From the NCBI GenBank assembly GCA_041666325.1, contig JBAYHC010000003.1:95102-159101 (forward strand): a DNA stretch of 64,000 nucleotides, given 5' to 3'. Numbering within the stretch: position 1 is the stretch's first letter; each line of letters opens with the position of its first letter. The translations under genes were made by a program, and so were the position numbers. This DNA comes from Patescibacteria group bacterium. GTDB lineage: Bacteria > Patescibacteriota > UBA1384 > XYA2-FULL-43-10 > 1-14-0-10-43-13. The notes under the pieces are model-generated. The model had not been told where the DNA came from. It worked only from the letters and a program-made list of their open reading frames with translations, and made no database searches. Below, piece by piece: positions 54,290 through 64,000 of the stretch.

Positions 54290-54366
54290 ATTACAGTCCC
54301 GTCGTAATTATTACAAAATACTAAGTAAAACGACATGAATCCAGGGCACAAAGAGGGTGCGCCCCT

Positions 54367-55113
54367 CTACTTCAGTAAAGAGATTATGTCTTTCCTCGAA
54401 AATGGCGGCAGAAAATTTAATTCTACTTTATCAGAAATTACTTGCTCTTTGAATTGTTCGTAACTTCTTATGTGCAAAGCCGGATCCTTGTGTTCGATCC
54501 ATCGAGTCCCGCCCGGGGCAATAGTCAGAACATCTATCGGCCCACCGATTGTCTGCCAGCGTTCACCCCGCCCGGCGTAATCCTTGATTATATTTTTTGC
54601 CAACGCGATAGCCTGAGACAAGGGCAATCTACCAAAATCAGTTGGCAAAATAGTTCTTTTGTCTGGCTTATCACTTGAGATCAACCCATGTCCCAAGCAA
54701 AAAGAAGGATCAGGCTGTCTCACGCTAAACGAGCAGAGAAACGGAGCCTCATCTCGGTATCCAGTAACCATAAAAACAAATTCGTCCAAGTGTTCCAGTG
54801 TTTCAGAGAGACGGTGGCTGAAACGCTCTTCCACCATTCTGGTCAAGACATCCTCCGGATCCATGGCCACCCCCGGATGATCATAACCCTCGATGAAGTC
54901 CTCTATAATTGCGGAGGTAAACTGACTGTTTGCTAGGCCGACACCAGTGGTCGCAATACCAATGGGATGATTTTTGAAAGAAAAAACCTTAAACGAACGA
55001 TCAAAATAAGCAATGGGACGTTGAGTCTTGTCGCCGGTTGCAAAAAAATAACCTCGGCTATCAGCAGCCAGGACTATCCCCTCCTCCGTCGCAATTCCAA
55101 CCATAAATGACAT
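54367..55113 (-). CDS. proteasome-type Ntn-hydrolase family protein (Anbu/HslV-like, putative)
   Basis: The N-terminus MSFMVGIATEEGIVLAADSRG resembles the proteasome beta/HslV start (TT.VGI...G.VLAAD.R); 248 aa. The position after Met is Ser rather than Thr. Confidence 0.45.
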   Translation of the reverse strand: MSFMVGIATEEGIVLAADSRGYFFATGDKTQRPIAYFDRSFKVFSFKNHPIGIATTGVGLANSQFTSAIIEDFIEGYDHPGVAMDPEDVLTRMVEERFSHRLSETLEHLDEFVFMVTGYRDEAPFLCSFSVRQPDPSFCLGHGLISSDKPDKRTILPTDFGRLPLSQAIALAKNIIKDYAGRGERWQTIGGPIDVLTIAPGGTRWIEHKDPALHIRSYEQFKEQVISDKVELNFLPPFSRKDIISLLK

Positions 55114-55264
55114 AGCACATCATATTAGGCCGTAGTTAAGATATTTTCAACATCCTCCCATGATTCAGTTCTACCAACTCTTCTTCGGTAAGTTATCTCT
55201 CCAGGAGGAAGAATAACCAAACCAACACCTCGCACAACAACAATCACGGAAATTTGACGATGAG

Positions 55265-55876
55265 TCACGAACAAATAAAAGCCCTGAGTTGCTTGTTATA
55301 AATCTTAGAATTTGGGCAAATTTTTTCGAGTTCGGCCCAGAAACGTTTTGAATGGTTAAACTCTCTCAGATGTGCCAGTTCGTGGCAGATGACATAATCT
55401 CGGAGTTCATTCGGCAATAGAAATATTTTCGCATTGAGCGAAATGGTGCGGCGGCGAGTACAGCTTCCCCAATTACTCTTCTTGCGCCGAACCTGAACTC
55501 CGTCGAAGGAAAAGTTGTATCTATCTGCTAGCTCGACAGTTATTTTGACAAGAAAGTTTTTGACGTAAATAGCTACAGCATCCCCGGTTAGCCGAATGTC
55601 GCCAATAACAAGTGATTGAGGGAAAACCAGATGCTCTCTTTTGTTCTCCAGCGCTCTTTGCCAATGTTTCTCGATCCACGCCTTGTGCGTATTCAATAGA
55701 TCGATAGCCGCCTGATCCTTTTGTCTTGCTCGATAAGGAACAACAATATAAATCCCCTTTTCGGAGCAGATTCGCACCCAGCTCCGGCGAGCTCGACGGC
55801 TTTCGTAAACATTACAGCTTACATCTTCGCCCAAATAGGGCAGAGGAATAGTTTTTAACAGGGTTAGAGTTGGCAT
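55265..55876 (-). CDS. YgjP-like metal-dependent hydrolase (DUF45 / WLM-like)
   Basis: HELAHLREFNHSKRFW zinc-binding motif near the C-terminus; 203 aa. Confidence 0.75.
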   Translation of the reverse strand: MPTLTLLKTIPLPYLGEDVSCNVYESRRARRSWVRICSEKGIYIVVPYRARQKDQAAIDLLNTHKAWIEKHWQRALENKREHLVFPQSLVIGDIRLTGDAVAIYVKNFLVKITVELADRYNFSFDGVQVRRKKSNWGSCTRRRTISLNAKIFLLPNELRDYVICHELAHLREFNHSKRFWAELEKICPNSKIYNKQLRAFICS

Positions 55877-55910
55877 AAAAAAATAGGCTCTTAAAAATTA
55901 TTTCCCAAGC

Positions 55911-56480
55911 TTATTTAAAAAGAAGAGATTTCACGTGTTCCCATTTTATCACCACGGTCAATATGAGAACAATGTTAATCAAGGTAAATACGACAAGGTT
56001 TTCAAACCATTTGCCTGTCACAATGCGGAAACCCTGGAATGGCTTTGGTGGAAAACCGACCATTTTTGAATAAGGGAAAAACAACGGCACGCCCTCAACG
56101 GTAACCATGTCAGCCGTTATGTGACTTAGGTAGGCCGCCATTATTGCCCCAAATGTAATAAACCGATCGATGCCCCAGTAATCTGGAAATGCACCAAGCA
56201 AAAAGTACAGACAGACGGAAAACAGAAAAGCACCGAGCAGAGAGTGAGAAAAATTTCGATGCTCGATAAATGGATCAGCTACGCGCCCGATCACCTTGCC
56301 AAGAGGAACTGACTGCCAAATCATGGCAGTACCTTGATCAAGATCAGGCAAAAGCGCAGCTAGATGAGATCCAACCAAAACTGCACCCAAAGTCGCAGAC
56401 TGATATTCGGGTTTACTTACAGTAAGCAAATATCCAAGCCCCGTTGTTATACCCAAAATTTGGTGAGTTTTTCCTGCCAT
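55911..56480 (-). CDS. membrane-bound metal-dependent hydrolase (YdjM/DUF457 family)
   Basis: N-terminus MAGKTHQILGITTGLGYLL plus several TM helices and conserved His, typical of the family. Confidence 0.6.
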   Translation of the reverse strand: MAGKTHQILGITTGLGYLLTVSKPEYQSATLGAVLVGSHLAALLPDLDQGTAMIWQSVPLGKVIGRVADPFIEHRNFSHSLLGAFLFSVCLYFLLGAFPDYWGIDRFITFGAIMAAYLSHITADMVTVEGVPLFFPYSKMVGFPPKPFQGFRIVTGKWFENLVVFTLINIVLILTVVIKWEHVKSLLFK

Positions 56481-56547
56481 ACTTCATACTAGCACTTAGG
56501 CAGCTCTCAAAATATTGTTTAGAAAAGTAAGCCACATGTCCCTGTCA

Positions 56548-57936
56548 CTAGCTATTACTCTTTTCTGGCAGCAAGACACCGATTCTTCTGGCCAGCATTG
56601 GCACGAGCGGCATCTCAACCAAGAGCGAAATGAATATTATCCAAACTCCGACAGCAAGCGCATAACTGGAGCTTACGATTTCATAGTTGGAAACGATGAT
56701 AAGTAGGATTGCCGCAACAACCCCTGCCTCGCGAGTCAAACTTAGGAAAAATGTTTCACGCCATGAAAGCTTTCCGCTCGACACCCATGGCATGAGCGAT
56801 ATAAGTGTTACTGCCGGCCGAACAAAGAATAAAAATATTGCCGCAGACAATATTCCTATTGGTGCGAGATAGATCAAGGTATTCACAGGAACAATCAGGC
56901 CGAGAACAACAAACACAAATGGCTTAACAAGATGATCGAGTAGTTTGTCGTAGAACTTGTATGATTCTCGGAGATTACCGAAAAGATCAAGAAGTAAGCC
57001 GGCAATAAATACAGCCAAAAAGCCAGCCCCACCGGCAATATTAGCGATGACATAAATCAATATCGGCGCAGAAAGAAGCAAGGCCGGGTCCTCAGGCTCC
57101 TTCTCCTTAAGATCAGAGCAGTAAAGCCTCTTCAGAGCCAGATAGCCCAGAAACCCAACCGCCAATCCGACAACAACCTGAACAATAAAGGTAATCAGTG
57201 CTCTGTCGCCCAACAGAGGAACAAAGTAGGCAAAAACAGAATTCCTGTCAGCAATACACACCGGAACAGCGACGAGCAACAGCACTCGAGCCACAAGGCT
57301 ACCACTCACATCAGTCAAGGCGCTATCGGAGGTTGCAATTTGGCGTAATGCTTTTTTCTTAAAATGAAGTTGATTTAGAACAGGAGAGATAGTGGCAGGA
57401 TCAGTCGAGGCCAATATTGCTGAAATTATAACCAGTGAGGTCAGAAAGCTCGTTTCAGATATACCAAAATAGGAGGCGATGACATATAGAATCAGCGAGA
57501 AAGCGACAGTTGAAACCAAAACGCCGGCCAAAGAAAGTGAGGCAACCGGAAAAAAGAGATGCCGGATCTTTTTGAATGGGGTCTCTAGGCCATTGGTAAA
57601 TAAAATTATCGCAACAGCAATCTCTGCAGTCAGCTTAAACATTGAAAAATTTTGCCACAACGTGCCAATCAAAGGCTGTAGCACAAAACCGAATATGAGA
57701 GCCCAAACACAAACCGGGACAATTGTCTTGGATGATAGCCGGCCCACTGCATAGCAAAAGAAAATCGCCCCGCCCAGAACTAACAACTGTACGTCAAACT
57801 TGTTTAGACGGGTTGCGAATCCATCTTTATAGTTAACACCAGCGTAAAAAACCAGGAACAAAAAAAGAAACAACGCAACATAGGGTGCGAACGCTCGTAA
57901 TAGAGAACCTCTCATCATCCCTCCGCCGTATGACAA
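56548..57936 (-). CDS. cation:proton antiporter (CPA1/NhaP-like)
   Basis: 462 aa, 11-12 TM helices, Gly/Pro-rich helices typical of Na+/H+ exchangers. Confidence 0.6.
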   Translation of the reverse strand: MSYGGGMMRGSLLRAFAPYVALFLFLFLVFYAGVNYKDGFATRLNKFDVQLLVLGGAIFFCYAVGRLSSKTIVPVCVWALIFGFVLQPLIGTLWQNFSMFKLTAEIAVAIILFTNGLETPFKKIRHLFFPVASLSLAGVLVSTVAFSLILYVIASYFGISETSFLTSLVIISAILASTDPATISPVLNQLHFKKKALRQIATSDSALTDVSGSLVARVLLLVAVPVCIADRNSVFAYFVPLLGDRALITFIVQVVVGLAVGFLGYLALKRLYCSDLKEKEPEDPALLLSAPILIYVIANIAGGAGFLAVFIAGLLLDLFGNLRESYKFYDKLLDHLVKPFVFVVLGLIVPVNTLIYLAPIGILSAAIFLFFVRPAVTLISLMPWVSSGKLSWRETFFLSLTREAGVVAAILLIIVSNYEIVSSSYALAVGVWIIFISLLVEMPLVPMLARRIGVLLPEKSNS

Positions 57937-57985
57937 AATATCAGTTATTCAAAACCAGAATAACACCTTCTTGCGCCATCTTCAA

Positions 57986-59200
57986 TCAATCTTGTTTGAC
58001 CCGGTTTCGGAGATACCTCTTGATATCCTCCGGAAAAACAAGCCCGACTACCCTCTTCTCCTCACACACTGGGACGGCTATGACATCATTCTGATAGAAC
58101 ACTGAGACGACGTCCTCTGCTGTTTCCTTAGCCATTACACAAAGTTCCTTGTTTATTCGCTTCGCTCTGCTCGTCACTTTCGTTTTACTCCACTCCTCCT
58201 GCGGCACCCCATTCAATGCCGCCGAATTAATATAGCCCATAATTCCATCCCTATTGCCAATCGGATATCTATGTTTATGAGACAGCTCTTCTCTCTCTGA
58301 TAGATCACGAAGAGTGGCACCTGGTTGCAAAGCCCTATCTTCTCCAGACATAACGCTTTCTATCGACGCGTCACGCAATAGCGCGTGAACAACTGACTGG
58401 GCCAAACTTGATGAAGCTGCGCTCCACAGGAAAAGCCCAATCATTGCGAGCCATATTCCGCCAAAAAGATTCCCGCCAAAAGACTGCAATACTCCAAATA
58501 TTATCATCGCTCCGGCAATAAGTTTTCCGATAGATGAGGCATATCGGGTTGCTCTAATCATGTCTCCACTTCTCCACCACAACAAACTTCGAAGAATTCT
58601 CCCGCCATCCAGAGGAAAGCCAGGCAAAAGATTGAAACCAGCTAGCAAGAGATTAATAAAACCAATCGACTGAATCAGCATGGCAATTAAATTAGTATTG
58701 TTTGCCAGCAAAATCAAATCACCGGCGCCAAACAAAGCGCCCGCAATAGCAATGCTCGCAAGAGGGCCGGCTACCGCCATTTTGAATTCAGTCAGTGGCG
58801 ACGAGGGTTCCTTGGTTAGGTTGGAGGCGCCACCAAAGAGAAAAAGTGTGATTTTCTTAACAGGCAAATTATTCGATCTGGCAGATAGAGTATGGCTCAG
58901 CTCGTGCAATATTACCGAACCAAAAAACATCACTGACGCCAGGACTCCGAGCACCCCGTATACAAACAGCGATCTGCCTGGCTGCAAAATCGGCAGCAAA
59001 TTCGTTGCAAATGAAAAACTAACCAGCAGAAAGATCCAAAACCACGAATAATCGAGTGCTATTTCAACTCCACTTATTTTTCCAATGCTAATTTCACGAT
59101 TCATGTTATTATTCCTTCCCTCGGCGGAGCTTAGACTGGAGTGTCGCAAGATTTGCGAGACAATGCTCCGTCCTTCCAAAAGTACAACAAAAAGCGACAA
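57986..59200 (-). CDS. M50 site-2 protease family metalloprotease with tandem CBS domains
   Basis: HELSHTLSAR (HExxH), LLPGFPLDGGRIL, and a C-terminal CBS pair. Confidence 0.8.
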   Translation of the reverse strand: MSLFVVLLEGRSIVSQILRHSSLSSAEGRNNNMNREISIGKISGVEIALDYSWFWIFLLVSFSFATNLLPILQPGRSLFVYGVLGVLASVMFFGSVILHELSHTLSARSNNLPVKKITLFLFGGASNLTKEPSSPLTEFKMAVAGPLASIAIAGALFGAGDLILLANNTNLIAMLIQSIGFINLLLAGFNLLPGFPLDGGRILRSLLWWRSGDMIRATRYASSIGKLIAGAMIIFGVLQSFGGNLFGGIWLAMIGLFLWSAASSSLAQSVVHALLRDASIESVMSGEDRALQPGATLRDLSEREELSHKHRYPIGNRDGIMGYINSAALNGVPQEEWSKTKVTSRAKRINKELCVMAKETAEDVVSVFYQNDVIAVPVCEEKRVVGLVFPEDIKRYLRNRVKQD

Positions 59201-59234
59201 ACCAAAATGTCGCTTTATTCTGCCGTCACCAGAA

Positions 59235-59720
59235 CTATCTCAGCACAAATATAATGAACAACACAAGAAAGAGAAGTGAGAGAGCAAGATTTATCACCAT
59301 TCCAGCCACAGATCCGATGACACCACCTGTCGCCGCCTTAGCAGCCTGACCACGACTGCGTTTTTGCGCAGTTTCAGAAAGATAAATTCCGACAAAAAGT
59401 CCGACCAGCCCACCGAATGGCGGGAAGAGCACGAGTCCGATAATCAATCCAATAAAGCCATAATAGAGAGCGCTCTTTGAGGCGCCGCCAAACCTTGCTC
59501 CCAGAATGCCGGAGAAATAATCGACAGCCATCGAAGCGGCAGCGATAATGCCAAGCACAAACAAATCAGAGGTAGTTAGATACCAAAATTTCTCGATAAG
59601 CGCAGCAATAAGAGCAACAACAAACATGTAGGGGATACCAGGAAGTACCGGTACCAAAATTCCCACTATGCCCGGCAGCATTAAGACAGAGGAAATAATT
59701 ACAATAAGTGTGTGCGACAT
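59235..59720 (-). CDS. DUF456 family membrane protein
   Basis: 161 aa, 4 TM helices, GxxxG-rich (LVPVLPGIPYMFVVALIAAL...). Confidence 0.55.
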   Translation of the reverse strand: MSHTLIVIISSVLMLPGIVGILVPVLPGIPYMFVVALIAALIEKFWYLTTSDLFVLGIIAAASMAVDYFSGILGARFGGASKSALYYGFIGLIIGLVLFPPFGGLVGLFVGIYLSETAQKRSRGQAAKAATGGVIGSVAGMVINLALSLLFLVLFIIFVLR

Positions 59721-59726
59721 AGTCTC

Positions 59727-60056
59727 TTAATTATTTTCATCAAGATAATCCGCTAGACGCAGGGACAACTTCGTCAGATCTCCCGAAACCAGATAGAATT
59801 CCTGAACGGCACCATGAGACCTGGCCAAACATCTCAAGCTAACGCTTGTTTGGCCTTGCAGCGTAATTCTCAAATGGTCATTATGCCGGCACAGCTTGAT
59901 CTCACCGGGATTAACAGCGGATATCTCCGGCCATCCCTCAATCTTTCTCAAAAAGGCATCAAGCTCAGGGAGAATCTGATGTTTCTTCTTAATCTTTGAA
60001 TTTCCGCGATACCTCATCATCAACTTCATTACAGGCCAAAACGATCGAAAATTCAA
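59727..60056 (-). CDS. hypothetical protein
   Basis: 109-aa ORF abutting the DUF456 gene; no motif. Confidence 0.4.
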   Translation of the reverse strand: MNFRSFWPVMKLMMRYRGNSKIKKKHQILPELDAFLRKIEGWPEISAVNPGEIKLCRHNDHLRITLQGQTSVSLRCLARSHGAVQEFYLVSGDLTKLSLRLADYLDENN

Positions 60057-60082
60057 GGCTTATTGAATCTTTATCGAGACGG

Positions 60083-60523
60083 CTACTCAGCCAAGCCATC
60101 GTCCTTTGCGTACTTGCCATAGTCGTCACGATCACCAAATTTACCCTTTTTGGGCAGCAACTTCACCATGAGCTTGAATTTGCGTAACGCACCGTTCTGA
60201 TCCTCGATCTCCTCCTGCTTGCTCTCCTCCCAAACCTGGACAAGCTCAGCGGACAAAATCTCTTTGAGGGTGGTTATCTCCTCCAAATTTTCTTTGATTT
60301 CTGTCACCAACTTTTCGTTTGGGCCTCGCCCCAGGATCGCGTCCTTGATCTGTTTCTTCTTTACATTTGACGCTCTTGTCTCCTCTACTGCCTGCACATA
60401 AACCGGATCACTCTCGAGTTCAGACTTAAGCATTTCACGGGAAGCCCTATTCTGCTGCTCCAGCTGATCAATCTGTGTCAATCTCTTTTGTATCGTCAGT
60501 AAATCCATGTTCTCCTCCAACAA
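60083..60523 (-). CDS. hypothetical acidic coiled-coil protein
   Basis: 146 aa, E/K-rich. Confidence 0.45.
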   Translation of the reverse strand: MLEENMDLLTIQKRLTQIDQLEQQNRASREMLKSELESDPVYVQAVEETRASNVKKKQIKDAILGRGPNEKLVTEIKENLEEITTLKEILSAELVQVWEESKQEEIEDQNGALRKFKLMVKLLPKKGKFGDRDDYGKYAKDDGLAE

Positions 60524-60550
60524 ATGTACCTTAAGTTATATAGCGAGCAC

Positions 60551-60919
60551 CTATCCGTCGATAGTTCTATCGTCGTCATCACCAAAGCTCAGCCCCATCA
60601 GTGCTGATTCATACTGACTTCTGAAGCCAGTCAAATCTTCAAGCGAGAGCTGACCCTCTCTAAATCTAATAGCCATTCGCCGCGCCTTCTGTGATAAGGG
60701 CTCCATGTTTTCGGCTGAAATTCTATCATTGAGACCTTCCAGACTTGTAACCAAGTCGTTAAGTGCCGTTTGAACATTTTGCGATACTTCCTGATCAGCT
60801 TGGCCTCGAACGACCAATTCGAAACCTTCAAAGGCTCGATTGAATGAGTCCATCACATGTTGTTCGGCGATAGAGTCTCCCGCGCCTTCCGGCGCACTGG
60901 ATCCTTGAAATTCGACCAT
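60551..60919 (-). CDS. hypothetical acidic protein
   Basis: 122 aa; operonic with the gene above. Confidence 0.45.
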   Translation of the reverse strand: MVEFQGSSAPEGAGDSIAEQHVMDSFNRAFEGFELVVRGQADQEVSQNVQTALNDLVTSLEGLNDRISAENMEPLSQKARRMAIRFREGQLSLEDLTGFRSQYESALMGLSFGDDDDRTIDG

Positions 60920-61057
60920 AAGTCCTCTCTTCCTTTGTTAGCCCGCAACAATGAAAATTAGTTACGGAAAGTAAATCTTTGTAATTGTAGCAACTTTTGT
61001 TTTTTTAAAAAAGGCCCGGACTCAAGTCCGGGTTGCAGTAGAAAAAACGAAATGTTC

Positions 61058-61249
61058 TCAAAGTACCTTTTTGGCCTCGCCAACCATGACGAGTCCTGAC
61101 AACTCAAACGGATCTTCAAGTTTGCCCTCATGATAAGGGACAGAAACAAAGTCTCGACCTGGCGGCACAACCCGTTCAGCCTCAACCGAAGCAAAAGACA
61201 CGGTATAAGACGCAAGAGACAACAATACCACATGAAACAGTGTGCGCAT
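61058..61249 (-). CDS. small secreted protein (hypothetical)
   Basis: 63 aa with a signal peptide (LFHVVLLSLASYTVSFASVEA). Confidence 0.35.
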   Translation of the reverse strand: MRTLFHVVLLSLASYTVSFASVEAERVVPPGRDFVSVPYHEGKLEDPFELSGLVMVGEAKKVL

Positions 61250-61409
61250 GTCTCCACCTCCTTAAAAGATTAATAGCAGAAAGACAAATAACTGTAAAGC
61301 AACATACCAAAAAGACCCGGGAGATGACCGGATCTTTTTGGTGAAAGTTGTTAGATATTTTCTACTCTGCCCAAACAGCAAGCTTCGACGCCGTGCCACA
61401 AAACAATAG

Positions 61410-62387
61410 TCATTTGCTCGTAGTGACAACCTTGCTCCGCAGCTTAGGATCCAAGGAAACAGAGTGTTTAGAAAGATAGTTGAACACCCCCCGTGCCGCA
61501 ATTGCACCTTCAGAACAGGCTGTTACAACTTGCCTAAATTGATCGGAAGCATTAGTTATGTCACCGGCAGCAAACATGCCTGGTATATTTGTTGACTGAT
61601 CGCTTCCAACTTTTATATAGCCGGCATCGTCTGTCGATAATCCAAGCGGCTTGATCAGCTCATTGCCAGGCTCAACTCCAATCTCTACAAAAACGCCATC
61701 TACGTCCAGCCGATCACGCCCCTGATAGCTTGGATCGACCTCAATGGAGTGAACAAATTTATCGCCGAAAATTTCCTTTACCTCTGTGTTGTAGATTATC
61801 TCGATATTATCTCTCTGTGTCGCCAGATCTGCCCAGACGGGCTCACCGCGAAGCTTTTCTTTTCTATAAATGAGATAGACTTTTTTGGCGATATCGCTCA
61901 GATAGACGGCGGAGCTGATAGCAGAATCGCCGCCTCCAACAACGGCAACTGTCTTGTCATAAAACAGGGCACCATCACAAGTGGCGCAATACGCCACTCC
62001 CCGACGAGAAAAATCCTTCTCACCAGGAACGTTCAGCTTCCGATGACGAAGCCCCATCGACAACAAGACTGCTCTGGCCCAGAATGTGCCGTTTCTTTGC
62101 GTGGTCACCTTATATCCGTTGTCGAATGAACTTATTTCTACAACACGGTCCAGAATCTCCGCTGCGCCTGCGCTCTTGGCATGCCGTTGCATTTTTGCTG
62201 CCAACTCCAGACCTGTGATCTCGTCTTCGGTCGGATAGTTGCAAACCTTATGCGACTCGCCGATGAGTCCGCCCGCAGACTCGCCGATAAGAAGATTTTT
62301 CACCTTATAACGGCTGGCATAAATACTGGCCGTATAACCCGCCGGACCAGTACCGACAATTATCAGATCATACTCATTCTCCGGCAT
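61410..62387 (-). CDS. trxB: thioredoxin-disulfide reductase
   Basis: FAD motif DLIIVGTGPAGYTASIYA, redox-active CATCDG, and the NADPH GGGDSA motif. Confidence 0.9.
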   Translation of the reverse strand: MPENEYDLIIVGTGPAGYTASIYASRYKVKNLLIGESAGGLIGESHKVCNYPTEDEITGLELAAKMQRHAKSAGAAEILDRVVEISSFDNGYKVTTQRNGTFWARAVLLSMGLRHRKLNVPGEKDFSRRGVAYCATCDGALFYDKTVAVVGGGDSAISSAVYLSDIAKKVYLIYRKEKLRGEPVWADLATQRDNIEIIYNTEVKEIFGDKFVHSIEVDPSYQGRDRLDVDGVFVEIGVEPGNELIKPLGLSTDDAGYIKVGSDQSTNIPGMFAAGDITNASDQFRQVVTACSEGAIAARGVFNYLSKHSVSLDPKLRSKVVTTSK

Positions 62388-62455
62388 TTGATATCCCTTA
62401 AATAATTGTAGTGAGAAACATTATCGCAACAAAACTCGACCAGAGTGCCTCTGCC

Positions 62456-62716
62456 CTATTTGATATTCAAGAGCCGGTCAATGGCCTCTTGGTCAAAGCC
62501 AACCACAACTTCATTACCGATCCAAAGCTGCGGCACACCCATTTCGCCGGACTTATCAACCATTTGCATGGCAGCAGCGCGATTAACTGAAACGTCGACC
62601 TCTTCAAAGCTAACTCCATTTTCGTGCAAATACTCCTTCGCCCTCACGCACCAAGGACAAGTTGGCGTTGAAAATACAGTAACCTTCTTGTCACCCTCTC
62701 TTTTTTCTTCGGCCAT
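62456..62716 (-). CDS. glutaredoxin-like protein (NrdH/YruB type)
   Basis: VTVFSTPTCPWCVRAKEYL with the CPWC active site; 86 aa. Confidence 0.8.
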   Translation of the reverse strand: MAEEKREGDKKVTVFSTPTCPWCVRAKEYLHENGVSFEEVDVSVNRAAAMQMVDKSGEMGVPQLWIGNEVVVGFDQEAIDRLLNIK

Positions 62717-62727
62717 ATGGCTCCTTT

Positions 62728-63012
62728 CTATAGCAGGTCGACTGCCTTTAATATCACTCTAACTTTTTCTAATGAATTCGTGGCAATTCGATACTGCTTG
62801 CTCTTCCCGCACTTAACTTCCTCAATAAAGCCTATCCCACGCAAATATCGAATATGGTAAGATAACAAATTTTTAGGCACCGAAAGAGTTTCAAGCAAGG
62901 TGCAGCCACAAACATCCTCACCGCACTGAAACAAACTTTTCAATATCAAAAGACGGTTTTTCTGAAAAACTCGCATCAATTCTCGATTGTTTTCTCTAAA
63001 TATGTCTGGCAT
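62728..63012 (-). CDS. ArsR-family transcriptional regulator
   Basis: Winged-HTH pattern (LRVFQKNRLLILKSLFQCGEDVCGCTLLETLSVPKNLLSYHIRYLRGIGFIE). Confidence 0.7.
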   Translation of the reverse strand: MPDIFRENNRELMRVFQKNRLLILKSLFQCGEDVCGCTLLETLSVPKNLLSYHIRYLRGIGFIEEVKCGKSKQYRIATNSLEKVRVILKAVDLL

Positions 63013-63137
63013 TATAGTTCAATCCTTGTTGAACTATAACTCAACGTTTGCCTTGAAGTCAAGTATCTAGATCAGCAAAATATCGTATCGCGGCAAGCGA
63101 CTGCACGAACCTAGCAATTTGGGCCGATCACACAGCC

Positions 63138-63917
63138 CTAACGACGCGAGATATCTAGACTCGAAGCGCCAATATTGAACTCAAAATCAATTTTTCTGAG
63201 AGCGGTAGCATAGTCGTCCGTTTCATAAGTATCAGAATCAATTTGCTTGAATCCTTCAAAGTTTTTCGACGATAGACCGGAGTCAATCTCGATCCTGGCT
63301 CCAACATTTTCCGGAACCTCAATATTGATTGAACTTGCTCCGGCCTTGATGGTGACCCTGGCACGGTCAACCTCTTCGCCCATAACCAAATTTAAACTGG
63401 ACGCGCCAGTATTGATATTGATTTCTTCTGCTTTTACACCAGAAAGATCAATGCGCATATCCATCGCACCTGTGTCGAGTGTCAGCATCATCGGAACGAC
63501 CGAGTTGAGACTAAGGTCCAACTCATTAAATTGGCGGCCAAACGGACGGGTAGTTCCCTCGCCGACAAGCTTAACCCGCTGCACATCGCTGGTGATGGTA
63601 TTTTGCGTATCAAGTCGGAGAAATTGCGATGCAAAATTTCCACTCACAAGATCACTTGATCCACCATCAATATTTAGTTTTCCGGCACCCATTTTAACAT
63701 CAATCTCTGCCCTACTGATACCAGGACTCTTGCCTATTGAAATTGCCTGCTCAGTGCGACTTGTGTTCGTGACACGGTCGTCGGGAATACCTGTTTTGCC
63801 AGTAATTACAGCCGAGACCAATACCGCAACCACAATCAAGGTCGCCAGAGCACCGATAATGACAGCAACCGTGCTCCTTCCAGAGAGCATAGAGAGACCA
63901 ATAAAAATAATTATCAA
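63138..63917 (-). CDS. membrane-anchored DUF4097/LiaG-like repeat (toast-rack) protein
   Basis: N-terminal TM, then repeated ..G.G.L.I....G.S.. beta-strand units (GAGKLNIDGGSSDL, GASSLNLVMG, GASSINIEV, GASSLDIS). Confidence 0.5.
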   Translation of the reverse strand: MIIIFIGLSMLSGRSTVAVIIGALATLIVVAVLVSAVITGKTGIPDDRVTNTSRTEQAISIGKSPGISRAEIDVKMGAGKLNIDGGSSDLVSGNFASQFLRLDTQNTITSDVQRVKLVGEGTTRPFGRQFNELDLSLNSVVPMMLTLDTGAMDMRIDLSGVKAEEININTGASSLNLVMGEEVDRARVTIKAGASSINIEVPENVGARIEIDSGLSSKNFEGFKQIDSDTYETDDYATALRKIDFEFNIGASSLDISRR

Positions 63918-64000
63918 GGGCCAAAGCCTTGACCAGTCGAGGTCGAAGTCTATAACCCCAAAATTGCGCAGCAGATAAAGCGCGCCAATGGCAATTATAA

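Noticed and set aside
61262-61507. 81-aa minus-strand ORF overlapping the trxB C-terminus
   Set aside because: Out of frame with trxB. TrxB already runs slightly long but its frame carries all the conserved motifs.

Overview
This 64 kb window looks like a compact bacterial chromosome segment; gene content is consistent with a small-genome, CPR/Patescibacteria-like organism, though I cannot confirm the lineage. Most genes are on the minus strand.

Features I could support from sequence:
- A type IV pilus assembly cluster (PilN/O/P-like) beside two large secreted proteins with apparent beta-helix repeats.
- A separate GspE/PilB-type ATPase.
- A DNA-repair theme: Y-family polymerase DinB, MGMT-family alkyltransferase, AlkD-like glycosylase.
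- Housekeeping genes: metK with an apparent S-box/SAM-I riboswitch and attenuator, cca, lon, trxB, rpmG, rpmB, holB, pheA, rdgB.
- Four tRNAs: Trp-CCA, Thr-TGT, Tyr-GTA, Thr-GGT.
- Two M50 proteases and many small hypothetical, secreted or membrane proteins.

The stand-out locus is at about 48.2-52.5 kb. It holds a stand-alone retron-type reverse transcriptase. All RT core motifs (1-2, A, B, C) are present; motif B ends in SQ rather than SP and motif C reads YGDD. Immediately upstream is a roughly 220 nt GC-rich, highly structured non-coding region that ends in an intrinsic terminator. Downstream is a 532-aa multi-TM protein, and the locus is flanked by MazG-like and ClpP-like genes. I read this as a candidate retron- or DRT-like retroelement/defense module of unclear subtype.

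Other items worth a second look:
- Two paralogous ~120 nt structured trailers lie directly 3' of tRNA-Tyr and tRNA-Thr(GGT). Their 10-bp stem sequesters the tRNA CCA end, and one position shows a compensatory C:G to U:A change.
- A ~2.3 kb GC-rich island is driven by a perfect consensus sigma70 promoter and encodes an unknown 269-aa protein plus an SPFH lipoprotein/small membrane protein pair.
- A MITE-like element with 20-bp terminal inverted repeats sits between two convergent genes.
- Paired ~90-bp intergenic repeats carrying CCGCGG terminator hairpins flank pheA.
- Tandem KGG-repeat stress genes, a CYTH-VIT1 fusion protein, and an internally duplicated protein are also present.

No CRISPR array, rRNA or recognisable transposase was seen. 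All coordinates and structures were worked out by eye and need computational confirmation.
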